Source: the human T2T-CHM13v2.0 reference genome, Homo sapiens
DNA length: 64,000 nucleotides
Assembly: GCF_009914755.1 (NCBI RefSeq)
Contig: NC_060938.1
Strand: one strand, 5' to 3'
In this document: piece after piece, positions 15,900-28,605 of the stretch
Numbering within the stretch: the stretch's first letter is position 1
Layout of the letters: the number at the start of each line of letters is the position of its first letter
Notes under the pieces: generated by a model
Told to the model about the DNA's origin: nothing
The model's input: only the letters and a program-made list of their open reading frames with translations
The model's database searches: none
Program-made: the position numbers and the translations under genes

Positions 15900-18372
15900 C
15901 AAATTGTTAAATATAAAATATGGAAAACATATCTAATACTACATAATTATATGTGTATTTATTAAGCTATAATGAAAAGACTATCAAAATTGACTATCAT
16001 ATAAAAAGTAAAATAGAACTATAAACACAAAACTATAATAATTGAAATTTTAAATTCAATGTTAAAGAAAAAAGGAATTTCAATTGAACCAAGAACTAGT
16101 GAAGAGAGAGCTATAATTTCAGATATTTATAGCAAATGGAGCCCAGAGTTGTAAGAGACAAGGGAAAAGTGTGAGAAATTCCACATGCCTCGGTAGGAGT
16201 TTCATGAGACAATGAAAATAATGAAGGAGACATAATATTTAATAAAATATTTTACCAAGGTGGTTAAAAAATCAATCTTTTCATAGAACCCAAATAAATA
16301 CAGAGAAAAAGAAATTAAATGACATTTACACCAGACACATAAAGTGAAATAGCAAGATTACAAAGACAAAGTGACTCAGTGATTGGCATAAAATTTTAAT
16401 TAAATACCGATGTTAATGTTTAAAAATTAATCCATAAACAAGAAGACTAACGTGTATATTTGTCAAGCTATTTGAGGAAAAAGAAAAAAAAACTGAGGTA
16501 AGCAAAACATATTTCAATCCAATGGGTCCATTTAATCCAATCAATCCAACTCAAGAGAGGAACAAAGTGTTATAGTAAAAGTAAGACAAAGAAATAAATA
16601 AGATGAGGAAAGCAAATTCAAAATAATAATAGCAATCCATATATATGAACCAACAAGTCAAATTAAAAGACAAAGCTTTTCATATTGGATGAAGAAAATA
16701 ATTCTACATCTTTGATTTTTACAGCAGACATGCCTAAATGATCAGGACTCAGAAAGAGTGAAATTAAAATTCTAGAAAATATAAATAATTAAATACTAAT
16801 CTGAAGAAAGGTTATATAATTAGTTTTGCATTAGACAAAATATATTTTAAGGCGAATAGTGTTAACCAATGAAAATAAGTCTTTAAATATATTCACTCTT
16901 TCTAGGGCACATTACAGCATGCCTATTGCTGTAAATTGGAAAACTTAATAAGAATAAAATAATTAGATAGTGCAAACTATTTTTAAAGTGAAATGTATAG
17001 AACATTGCAACAAACAACATATGAATGAACGCACATTCTTTCAGGGATATATGGAATATTTTCAAATGTAGAGCTTTTACGTGGCAAAAAAAATATGAAA
17101 TCCAATTTCAATATTATAGAGCCCACATTCTCTGAACATGACACAATTAAGTTAGAAATAAGTACTTTAAAAATTCAAAATCTATGTTTAAATAACTCAT
17201 GAGACAAATGAAAAGAACAATGGAAGTGAGAAATGCTTAGACATGATTAAAATTTAAACTACCTAAAAATATAAGTACAGGTGAGTATAAGAAGTATTTA
17301 GAGGAAAATATATATCCTTAAAGTATGGTATTTAAAAAGGTTATGTCTAAAAAAGACCCAAACATTCAACTTAAAAATCACATAAATAAATCAATAAGTA
17401 AATACACTGAGGAAGTAAAGAAACAGTAAAGAAGAGAGTAGCAATTAATAAAATTGCAAACAAAGTGATAATGAAGTTTAGCAAAGACAAAAGTTGATTG
17501 TTGGAACAGAGAAAAATAGCAAATTCTGACAAGATGAGTCAAGAAGGTAAAATAAAGTAAAAAATGTATGAATATTAAGGATTTAAAAATCGAACATAAT
17601 TCAACAGAAATTAAAATAATGTAATATTATTTTTTAGTGAAAAGGACAACTTTGTAGTCCAACCATTTGAAAACTTAGCTGAACTCTACGTAGTAACAAT
17701 GACTGTAAAAATCCCCCAAAGAACCAAACAATAAACTCACCAAAATTAAATCAAGAGAAAATAATAAACCTGCTGTATTGTCTATAAAGTATATAAAATT
17801 GAATATATATTTAAAATATTCACGCAAAATAAACTGTAATTCAAGATGATTTAAGAGACTTGTTTTAAAGTTATTGAAGAACTGGCTATCCATAATCTTA
17901 CACAAATCCTTTTGTGAGAAAAAAAGAAAAAGAAGATAGAATGTACTCCAGGTTATTTATAAGGTTATAACTTGACAATAAAATGAGGAAAGCAAAGCAC
18001 ATAAAATAATTTATGTAAACATATATATATGTGTTTCCAGTAAAACATTAAATAAAAATAGTTGTAATGAGAAACCAACTCCAGCATTCTGTAAGCAAAA
18101 TAAAATATCACAACCAAGATGGGTTTGTTCTAACAATGTAAAGTTATTTCACCAATAGAATAATGGATTAAAGAACTGCATTACTTAAACAGAATAAAGA
18201 AGAAAAATAGGAATCTGAAAACATTCAGAATAAAACATTCAGCACAAATTTTAAGAATTATGTAAGATAAAATCTTACAGTATAATGAGAATAGAAGAGA
18301 ATTTTCCTAAATTGGGAAAAAACCTGTAGAAAACATCATGGTCAACATTGAAATCTTATGATTACTTTTAAA
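15900..18372 (+). mobile_element. Ancient L1M (ME/MC) ORF1-ORF2 remnant
   Basis: A-rich with decayed endonuclease and RT-region motifs (cacattctctgaacatgacacaattaagttagaaat; acaaccaagatgggtttgttc). Confidence 0.75.
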
Positions 18373-19208
18373 TTTACATGTATATGTGTTATAAACATCA
18401 ACCAATAATCAAGACAGTTATGAATAAATATAATCAGGTAAACAAATGTGCTCTACTAAATACCATTACACATCCTGAATTCTCCTATTTGGTTGGATCA
18501 CAATATTATATCAGAATAATTGTTATTTCATTGATAATGAATTTCAGTAGTGTTAAGAGAGAAATGGCAATTTTGAAAGAAGAAAAGTTTGTGGTTGCAA
18601 TATTAAAGCAACTGATATTCTGTTTTTCAAAATCTGATGTGTTTATAAACCTTGTCTACAAAAATCACATTGGAATACCTTCTTAGCCTATCAGGATCCC
18701 ATTTGAGGTATGGATGTCTGAGACATATACAGAAGAATTCAATCCAGCTGGATTTGTGCCCATCTCTGATTCCTATAGTCATTCTAGAGCTCAGCGAAGA
18801 GCAGAAGGGACTCTTGAGTACTTAACTGATCCTTGAAGTTTTCTTCAATTTCCCTTCCCCATTCACTTCTTGGGGAAATACAATAAATTTAAGATATAGT
18901 CACCTATGTTAGATTATTACATATAAATTTTACCTATTATCTTCTATAATTAGATGGTCTGCACCATGAACATCTAATTATATCTAGCCAAAGTTCACAC
19001 AAATCATAGGACAGACCTTACTCACCATTTAATAATATTGAAAAAGTAACTAAACAGCAAATTACATTATTATAAGTAATTTATTTTAGATTTATGGTGA
19101 GTTTGACAGCAGCGATGAATAGGAAAGTTTGTACTCAAATATTATGCCTTACTGAGATATTCCTCATTTTAAATTGTTATTAACTTATGGTCCAAATAAA
19201 GAGAATGG

Positions 19209-19510
19209 AGTCAAGTGCAGTAGCTCATGCCAATAATTCCGGTACTTTGAGGGGAAAAGGTAGGAAGATCCCTTGAGCCCAGGAGTTCGAGCAACATAGA
19301 GAGACCCTGTCTCCATGGGAAAAAAAATTATCCGGGCATGGTGGCATGCACCTGTGGTCCTAGCTACTTGGGAGAGTGAGGCATGGGAATGTATTGAGCC
19401 CCAGAATTTAAGGCTGCAGTGAGCTGTGGTCACACCAATGCACTCCAGCCTGGGTAACCGAATGAAAGCCTTTAAAAACAAACAAACAAACAAACAAACA
19501 AACAAAAAAC
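19209..19510 (+). mobile_element. AluJ with (AAAC)n tail
   Basis: J-type cttgagcccaggagttcgag and aggctgcagtgagctgtg; short internal deletion. Confidence 0.9.
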
Positions 19511-20679
19511 ACATATTTCTGTCTCTTTCTCCGAATTAACACCTCACCTAGTTGACCCCTAAAAAGTAGTAACTTGTGTGTTTAGTAAAAAACAACATGG
19601 TTTTTAAAAATCTAAATATATAAGAGACATAGCTGGAAAGGAATAATGACAACTTCTCAATCTTTTCTTCCAAATCAATAATGGGAGATTTCTAGTTGGG
19701 GTGAGATGTTTGAAGGAGTGGAAGGAAATTTTCTATTCTAATAGCCGCAAAATTCTTCTATTGCAAATGTCAGATAAATATAAAAAAGGACTAATACTGT
19801 TTGCTAGCAGAAAATTATACATTTTTAAATATAATTTTTTACTGGTTTCTGGATGTTGCAAAAAAAAAAAAAGATTTTTGAAAAGTAAACACAGGGGAAC
19901 ACTTTCTTCACCCTAGTAACACACACAATAAATTGGTAGCAATCTCATCGGGTATGATGAATGCTAACTCATCCTAAAAAATGTCTTGTTGCATAAATCT
20001 AAGAACCGTGAAGGCAAAGATGGTGGCTGTCCATTTGTAAAACTTCCTCCAGGGTATGCAGGCATGTCTCTGTGATAACGGTGTTTCTCACCAGTGATTA
20101 ATGCTATAAAAGATTTTTTGTTGGCATACATCCCAAGAAATATGGTTGATAAACTGGCAAGATCAGCAGATTGCGGCCCAAAATCTCCCTTTACTTTTTT
20201 TGAAAACTCTCTTTACTCTTTTGAAATTCCTATCACTTTTCTTGTATGTAAACCAAAGTTTGTTTCTCAACTAACTTCTGAAATCTTAACTTAATCTCAT
20301 TCACTTCCTTGCATTGTGTTATAGACCACTTAGAAGTACTTTTATTATTTAACCTTAGATATATTATATTTTCTAATTCCTTCTTTCAAAGATTATTAAA
20401 GTTAGAAGGCCCAACCATCCAGATCAACTTATTGATCCAAAACCAGAGTGTTTATAATTAACTGACTTGCCTAAGACAAAATTGCCAAATCTGAGCCCTA
20501 AACTGGAATTTTGTAACATTGTCGCCTCGCTCTGTTTATTTCACATTTTGACACATTTTATTTTGCCCAGTTTGCTTGTAAACATGTAATGGAAACAGCT
20601 AAAATAATGAGCTCCTCAATCCTTCCTTATATCGAATGCTGGTCTAGTTCCTCACACATAATGGGATTCCGTGTATCTA

Positions 20680-21095
20680 TCTATTTATTCAGCAGATATT
20701 TGTGAAACACCTACTATGATTTAGTCACTGAATAAATGCTAACAGTGCAAAAAGTTATTTCCCATCCATGCTAGCATTAAAAGTTCTTATCCAGTTCCAC
20801 AGTTTTAAGTACTGTTTATATGTCAATTGTTCCCAAACGCCTACCTCCAGCCCTGACTTACTTTCTGACTTCAGATTCATAAATCTGTCTATTTGGCATA
20901 TCCATATGGTTATCTAATAAAGATGTCAAATTTTACATTTGATTTCATTGGCTCCAAAACTTACTCTCTCAGTTGTCCCCGTCTTAGTAAGTCTATCCAG
21001 TTACTGAAGCTAAAACTGTCAGGGTACTTTTGAGTCTTGTGTGACCTACAGCTTCTACTAATAATCCATCACTAAGTCCTGAAAGCTTTATATTT
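20680..21095. mobile_element. L2 fragments (3' end on minus strand, then RT region on plus strand)
   Basis: tttattcagcagatatttgtgaaacacctactatg; cctccagccctgacttactttctgacttcagattca. Confidence 0.6.
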
Positions 21096-21112
21096 AGAGA
21101 TAAAGTACATGT

Positions 21113-21295
21113 CATCTGGAGTCAGGATGACTCAGTTGAAGTCTTGGCTCCACCACTTGTTAGCTATATGATATTTTTCAGGTAATTAACTTCTCTGCAA
21201 TTCTTTTTTTTTCTACCTAAAATAGAATTGATAATATTGATGTCATATGATTGTTACAAGATTTGGAATAATACATGTAAAGTATTTGGTATAGC
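21113..21295 (+). mobile_element. MIR
   Basis: tctggagtcagga...ttggctccaccacttgttagct...aatacatgtaaagtattt. Confidence 0.8.
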
Positions 21296-21339
21296 TTTTG
21301 AATTATTTTCGGGAGGCAGTGATTTCTTTTTGTAAAGAG

Positions 21340-21860
21340 ACAATGTCAAAAGGAGTTGATTAGATATGAAGATAAGTGTAAAGACCAAGCCCAGAAATAC
21401 CTCTGCTTTGGGCAAGTCTCTGCTTCAGGCAAGTTGGAAATGGCTGGTCACCCATTTACCAAGTTAAGCATCATGAGAAGTAAGATATATCTGAGGATAA
21501 TTATGTTGAGCTTAGTATGGTACATGCTGAGTTGCTTGTGGTATATTTAGGTGGAGAAGTCCGATAAACAGTGGTGAATATTTAGGGCTACCATATTGCA
21601 CAACCTCAGGAAGAACCACTTCCGGCACAATCTATGTTAGTGGTGCTTCTATGCTCGGGGATACTGTCTGGTAACAGAGAATTTTCGTTTTTCACTTTTT
21701 AATAGTTTTCTGCTAATTGAAGCATGGACAATACATTTGGACACCTAGGGAACATGTATACTATAAGGTGATAGAGAGTTGTAAATAAAATTCAGAGGAG
21801 TTTCTCTATGGAAAAGACAAACTGAGAAGCATTAACCCAAGAGAGAGACTAAGCAGCAGT
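21340..21860 (-). mobile_element. L2 fragment with a possible small MER91-like insert (about 21583-21650)
   Basis: ggtacatgctgagtt...taggtggagaagtcc; tagggctaccatattgcacaac. Confidence 0.5.
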
Positions 21861-21979
21861 TAAAGTGATAATACCACATGCTCTAACCAAACCAATGGGA
21901 TGACTGACTGTATCAATACTAAATGTCAGTCCTAGAAAAATGGGAACCTATATTTCAGTAGTCTAATAGGTAGTAACAA

Positions 21980-22485
21980 TTTAGTGTTTATAGATGAAAT
22001 AGTATGCTTTTGAGGGTCAAGTTACTCTGTGTTCAAATCTCAGATTACTGCATGTCCTTTAACGGAGGGAGACAGGGATGACAATGATGATAAGAATGAT
22101 GATTGTAGTTAGTATGTAAACAGACAGGCATGAAAATATTTATCCTAAGTATGCCATGTGCGTGTGCAGTTGTGATTTCTAGTTCCTAAGTTGAGAAATT
22201 GTGCTTAGAAAATTAAATGACTTTGTAAAGTACCTGCACCTAAAAAGGAGGAAAACCGAGATTTCACCCTGGCAAGTTGAATCCAGAGCCTCTTCTTTTT
22301 ACCAGTGCTATTACTGGTTACAACTTAACCACTAGGCTTCCCTGTGTTCCCAGCTGAGAAACATGATTTCAAATACCTACTTCAAGTCATTGCTGTGATC
22401 ATTAAACTTAATTTAACGAGGTGATATATGTGAATTCCTACCAAAGTAGTTAGAACTTAGATGACACCCAACAGATACTAATTTG
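21980..22485. mobile_element. MIR cluster (plus-strand MIR split by a minus-strand MIR)
   Basis: tgtgttcaaatctcag; gagaaattgtgcttagaaaattaaatgactttgtaaag; aatacctacttca...gatatatgtgaa. Confidence 0.55.
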
Positions 22486-25400
22486 CTTTCTTCTGTTTCC
22501 AAATCTAGTTACATGGGATAGGATAAATTAATGACTTTTAAAATAGACTTTCAATTTTTTTCTGTATTTGGAATTGTGAAAAGTCATTTTAAGATATATA
22601 TAAAAGTTTATGTCACATATTAAAAGATTAGCTGCTTTATACATAATACTATCTATAAAAATGTCAACAAAAAGAAAAGCTTAATCTTTAATCCATTTGA
22701 TAACACCTACTGTGAGTTTATTATCACTACACATCTGAGTTTTGTTTCAGAATTTTGTATATTCCCTTTGATTCAGCAGCCAGGCATTCTAAGGACCTTA
22801 TCGACTTGTTTACTTTCAGAATTATGACTATGTACAGAGTTAAAAAGGCAACAACAAGCGGTCAGTTTAACAATTGCTGAACTAGAAGTAACTAGAATAT
22901 CACTAGTAGCAAATTATGAGATTGAGCATATAACAAAGTCTAATAAATTTAAAACATATCTGCCTTATTAAAATGTAAATTTGGCAGTATAATTTTTTTG
23001 AGTTTCAGGGAGGAAATGAGCCTGTTGATTAACTCCTTGAGATAGAACCTCCATCCTTAGGCACATGGTGGCATGTAAGGTTTAGCATTGCCACTGCTTC
23101 TTGAGTCTTCTCTTTTGCATAATGTACACTAAACACCCTTCAGATGGTATGTTCATGAAGATCTCTTTGCCATTCTTGTCTCATTTGTAGTATGGAGAAG
23201 ATGCTCCAGATGAATTGGAAGACTATATCAGAAATCTCTTCATGGAGAACTCCTAGTACAAAGCCTGGACTACTGTAAATGCTTCATGATTACAGCCAGT
23301 TTAATTTCACTTAAATCCTACTTAAAGCATTATTTGTATTATTCTACCCAGATAAATCTATATTTTAAGATACATTAGAAGTGAAAAATATATTATTTAC
23401 ATCACTAGATAATTCTATATTTGCAACTGATTTTCAAGCTAATAGTGAGAGCCTAGCATGTCTTGAAAATGACTCTTCACTACTAAACTCTGGGCACAAA
23501 AGGTACTGGATAATAGTCAATGCCAATGATCACATATTTGTTCACTTATGTGAATTCATAGCCTTCACATTGTCCTCTTTTCACTCTACAACCACCTTTG
23601 AACTTCTGAGATGTGTAGCATAGTTCTTGCAATTGGAAATAATTGGAATGTGGGGTAGATAAATGCACATGTATCAGCAGAGTGAGAAATGGTCATGAGC
23701 AGTATAAAAATAGCACTTATCACTAATGGAACATAAAAATGTCATTCCCTGGGTAGCAACTTTTCTGCTAAAATTGCTCTGGGGAGGTAGAAGCAACTGC
23801 AATTTCCTCTGACCTCCACGGTGGTCCAAATTTCTCTGGTTGAAATAATCCATTGCAAATGACTGATCATGAAATCTGAAAAAATAACTTGTGTAGCAGT
23901 TAATATTCCTCCTCAATAGGATAAATTGATCAATTGTAAATGTACATGTATTTCAGGAACTTACTTGACAATAGCTCATGGGTTTTGATGTTAATTATAT
24001 TTATTCTTGCTCACAACTCATTTATTTTCCCTTATTTAGAAAGATATAAATACATGGTGATATTTAGAAAGGTACAATCATTTCTGCTAATAGAAAAAAT
24101 GAATTTTATATTTTAGATTCAGTCTAATCTACTACAAGATTCCTTTTTTTTATCCCCTCTGCAGTCTCAGGTGAAAGCCAGCTCACATCCTTGAAAAAAA
24201 TATTTACATGATTTCTTTAGAATTTATTTTACTGTATTTAATGTAACATCATCCTGAATTCCACTAATCGCTAAGTAATCTCTGGTTCAGACATTTTCTA
24301 AATTTTGCCTTTTTTTTGCTAAGCAGCCAAGGATTTTACACTGGCTTTGAATTCTCACATGGATCCATTTCCAGGAAGATGAATCAGAGTTAACAACAAG
24401 GAAACCTGCTTATTCAGAAAAAATGTACTCCATTCGTATTCATTGAATTTCACTTTGTAAGAGACAGGATTGGACCAGTAATCAAACATAATCATGATTC
24501 TAACTTTTTTTTTTCTTATGGGAGTTGAATATTCAAGTACCGAAAATCCCTATCACATGAAACTGGGGGACTCAGGGTACGTTAGGGGTGTTCTTTCTTC
24601 TCTATTATTCTCTATGAGCCATATTGTTTCAGCAGATCACTGATGACCTCAGATAATTAGAATGGCAGATTGAAATGACAAACTTCTAACCATAAGGAAG
24701 TATTATAAAAATTATATTTATTATTCTAATAAAATAGTTGAAGTTTTCTATAATGTTATGTCAAATACCCCTTTTCAAACAGATTGGGGAAGATAGAAAC
24801 TATTATTTACCATCGAGATTACAAAAGCAAATTTTGGCTTTTGTTGAAAATAGAAAATAGTAATTATTTTTGGAGAAAAAACCAACTTCACCTTTTTTGG
24901 CTCTGTCTGACCTATCCTTGCTCAGCTCATCTTTTAATACAATTTAAAATAATAAGAGTTTATTTATGAGTAAACTAAATCTGACATGGCAAAGCTCTAC
25001 CTAATTGGAAATAAATTAAATAGACACTTACTCTTATCAAAGTTATCAGATTCTCATCTCCTGTAGATCTGTTTTAATATGTACTTGTTTTAGAGCAGTT
25101 TAGATTGAGGTACAGTAATGATGCCTGCATTACAGTCAACCTTTTTTCAAAGAGATTTACCAGTCAGGTTGATTTTAAATGACCTCACTAGCTAATAGAC
25201 ACATTTATTCTTATCAACTGTACAATACAGGAAAAGGAATTCACTGTTGACCTTCTATTTAGAAAAATATATATATTTTAAAGAGGATTTGAACAAAATA
25301 AATATATACTCCACATTCACAACAAAAGTAAACAGACTGTCTTTTCACAGGATGTGAAACCGTCAAGAAAATAGTCTTTTATCATCCTCTATTTTCTTGT

Positions 25401-27157
25401 TTTGTTTTTACTAGCAATGTTTTTTAAATTTATTCTCCATGTTTTTTAAATTTATTCTCTGAGATAATCCAAAACCCTATGCACAAAATGAATTAAAAGT
25501 GTATAAGAGCAAATGACATATTTTTCTACTCGGCTCAACTGAGCAAGATACTGCCTGATAGGCCATCAAGATTTAACAGAGTTTTCATGACCTGCCCAGA
25601 GTCAGACAATGAGCTTCTATGATGTACTCTAAGATTTAGCTGTGACGCAAACTTCCTATCCTGTGGATAGTGTGAGCAGGGGTTTTAGTTTTTTAGTTTG
25701 AACCATCTTGAATATTTGTCACTAGCTAGAGTGTTTAAGAGAAAGAGATCTTAGGCTTTTCCTGCAATTGGCCTTTTATAATGCCAGCAAAGAATGTGAA
25801 TGTTGAGTCTATGATTACTTCTCAGCATGCCATCTGTTTTAAAAGTAAGCTGAATATTGTTGCCATGTTTCCAAAGTCTGCTATAGATCATTCACTGAAA
25901 TGGTGGCAAGAGGAGAGGTACCTCTTGTTTTTTCCTAGGTGCAGCTGGGTTTTACAGACGGATCACTCATATTATCCAGGAGTTCGCTAATTGTACCTGT
26001 CAGTTTCCCTTGCATTAACATCATTTAAAATTATTTAGCCTTGAATAATTACATGAAATAGATACATTGCTCTATTTCCTAGTAAACAGACGAACAAATT
26101 GGAGAGGAGGATACTCTTAATTGGATGTGATTTTCCTTTTTAGACATAGTCTTTTCCACATCTTTGACAATGATTCACAAAGAGAGTTGTACACTTATTT
26201 TTTCCTGAAATAAACAATTAAGAAACTCAAAATTCTGTTCTCTTCCTCATTCAGGTAAGGGAAAGCTATTATCCCTGTTATTTATTTGTCGGAAATCTAA
26301 ATGCTTCTTAGACAAGCACACAAACACCCACATACACAAACAAAACATTTATTTGCTGTTTAATTTGAATTGTATCACATGGTTGTGGAGTTAAGGCAAG
26401 AGGCAAGGGAAATTATAATGTACTCTCTGCTCTATTTATCCAGTTTTTCAAAATAATGAAGTTTTCATCTGTGTCCAGTAGAGAGCTTGTTTTAAAAATT
26501 GCATAATATACCATGATTATTCCTTAAGGGAATTGGAGACATATTAAAGGTAATACAATACTATTGAACTGTCTTTTCCTCAAGGAGTACTCTATAGAAC
26601 TGGGTAATAATGTTGTACAAACTATGGATCTGAAACACATATGCTTTCATCATCACCATCTGTACTGAATTTATAACTGAGAGAAGGGGGTGTGTCAGAA
26701 AATTTAGATTAACAATATATTTGCCCTTTTATATACTAGCACTTTAAGTAAAATTGTTTAAAAAGCTACTTTCTCACTAAATTATCACATCATGTCAATA
26801 GTAGCTTTTTATTGTATCCCGATGGAAAAGCTAAAACTCAGTATAAGAGCAGTGAGGCTTAGTGAGGCTGTCAAAAACAGGATGGTTCAATTTTGTCATC
26901 CAAGGACATGAGATAACACTGTGTCATAGGTTGAATAGATCACAAAAGTTATATATTATGTAAAAAAAATCCCAGAACACCTGCCCAAGGTAAATTGTTG
27001 TGAAACAAATGATGATAACAATATGACATTATTCTTTAGTGTGCGTGCACTTGTTAACAACACACAGAAGGGTCATTCAGGGATAATCCTGAAGCTTTTG
27101 CCAGCTTCCTGCTGGGATGAGAGAGGCAGATTTCATGGAAGTCCCCAGAAATGCCAA

Positions 27158-27603
27158 TGTGAGGGTTCATTTTACGTTTCAATTTGACTGGGCCATCAGG
27201 TGCCCAAACTTGGTCAAATATCATTCTGGGTGTTTCTGTGAGAGTGTTTCTAAATGATATTATAATATTTAAATTGGTAGACTGGGTGAAGCATGTCGCC
27301 CTCTCTAGTGTGGGTGGGCCTCCTCTAATCAGTTGAAGGCCTGAAAGGAATGAAAAAGCTGTCCCTCCTCAAGTAAAAAATACTCTCCGTGAGTGACTGG
27401 ATGAGTGACTGGCTTTCTATGGGGACATTGGCTTTTTCCTGCCTTCTAACTCAAATGGAATCATTGGCTCTTCCTGGGCCTTGAACATGCTGGCCTTCAG
27501 ACTGAAACTGTACTATTGGTCTCCTAGGTCTCCAGCTCCCTGACTCACCCATTTGAAATCTGTCAATCTCCATAATCACGTGAACCAAATTCTTATTATA
27601 AGT
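27158..27603 (+). mobile_element. MLT2 (ERVL) LTR, 3' end missing
   Basis: tgtgagggttcattttacgtttcaatttgactgggcca...gccctctctagtgtgggtgggcctc...ctccataatcacgtgaaccaaattctta. Confidence 0.85.
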
Positions 27604-27604
27604 C

Positions 27605-27743
27605 TTTTATTTTTGGTTTTTATATTTAAAACATTTTTTGAGACAGGGTCTCACTTTGTCATCCAGGGCAGAATGCAGTGGCATGAACATGAATCACTGC
27701 AGCTTCAACCCAAGCGATCCTCCCACCTCAGTCCCAAAAGTAG
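27605..27743 (-). mobile_element. AluJ/FLAM 3' fragment
   Basis: T-rich tail then gagacagggtctcactttgtcatccagg...caagcgatcctcccacctcag. Confidence 0.85.
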
Positions 27744-27903
27744 TAGTGAGACTTATTCACTATCATGAGAACAGCATGAGAAAGACCAGCCCCCTGCCCC
27801 AGGATTCAATTACTTCTCACTGGGTCCCTTCCACAATACGTGGGAATTGTGGGAGTTACAATTCAAGATGAGATTTGGGTGGGGACACAGCCAAGCCATA
27901 TCA
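27744..27903 (-). mobile_element. THE1 LTR fragment
   Basis: gtgagacttattcactatcatgagaacagcatg...gggtggggacacagccaagccatatca. Confidence 0.9.
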
Positions 27904-28243
27904 CCTTCCTTCCAGCTCTTCCTACAGCCACTCCCTCATTCCCAGGAACCACTGATCTGCTTTCTGCCACTGCAGATTCATTACATCTTTTTCAGTTTCA
28001 AATACATTGAATTATACAGTATATACAATTGCTTTGTAGGATTTCTTTTGTTCAGTATAATTATTACATGCTTCTACCACAATGTGTTAACCCATGTACC
28101 TTTTGATGGTTATTTCCTGTTTGAGGCTATTAAAATTTAAGCTTCTATGAACTTTCATGTACAAGTCTTTGTGTAGATACACACTGTCATTTTATTGGAA
28201 TGAATGAGATGATAATATTTGTTTACCTATTTAAGAAATTGTC

Positions 28244-28605
28244 TCTTTTAAGTTTTTAATTGGACACCACTTTTCCCTATTGTACACTCATCATCACTCC
28301 CTCCCCACCACCAGCTTTGAGGCTTTATACAGTTGTTGAGACAAAGGACACATAGGACCAATGGGTATGAAATATAGTTTATTACTCATATAGAAAACGG
28401 CAAACATTTCCCCCAAGGAAAATAAGGCAGTATCAGTCCATCGTGATACAAGACAAATGAATTTAAACTTTCTGCATGCTCCAAGGAAGGGAGAAATCTG
28501 ACTTTCTTATTGGCTTCCCAAGAGGTGGAGCAAAGGGGAGAAGGAAAGGGTGAGATTTGAAAGCTGTCTTTGATCAAACAAAAAATAGAGTATTTGACTT
28601 TTATA
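28244..28605 (-). mobile_element. ERVL solo LTR (LTR47-like)
   Basis: Interrupts the L1 motif aagaaactgccaaac with diverged 5-bp TSD TTGTC/CTGCC; reverse strand reads tttgatcaaagacagctttcaaatctcacc; minus-strand AATAAA near 28380. Confidence 0.55.

Noticed and set aside
22820-22866. 41-nt AG...GTCAGT exon candidate upstream of the 23191 candidate
   Set aside because: The frame needed to join 23191 in phase contains a TGA, and there is no other support.
23674-23916. 80-aa minus-strand ORF in unique sequence
   Set aside because: Non-ATG start, no recognisable homology, and a length expected by chance.
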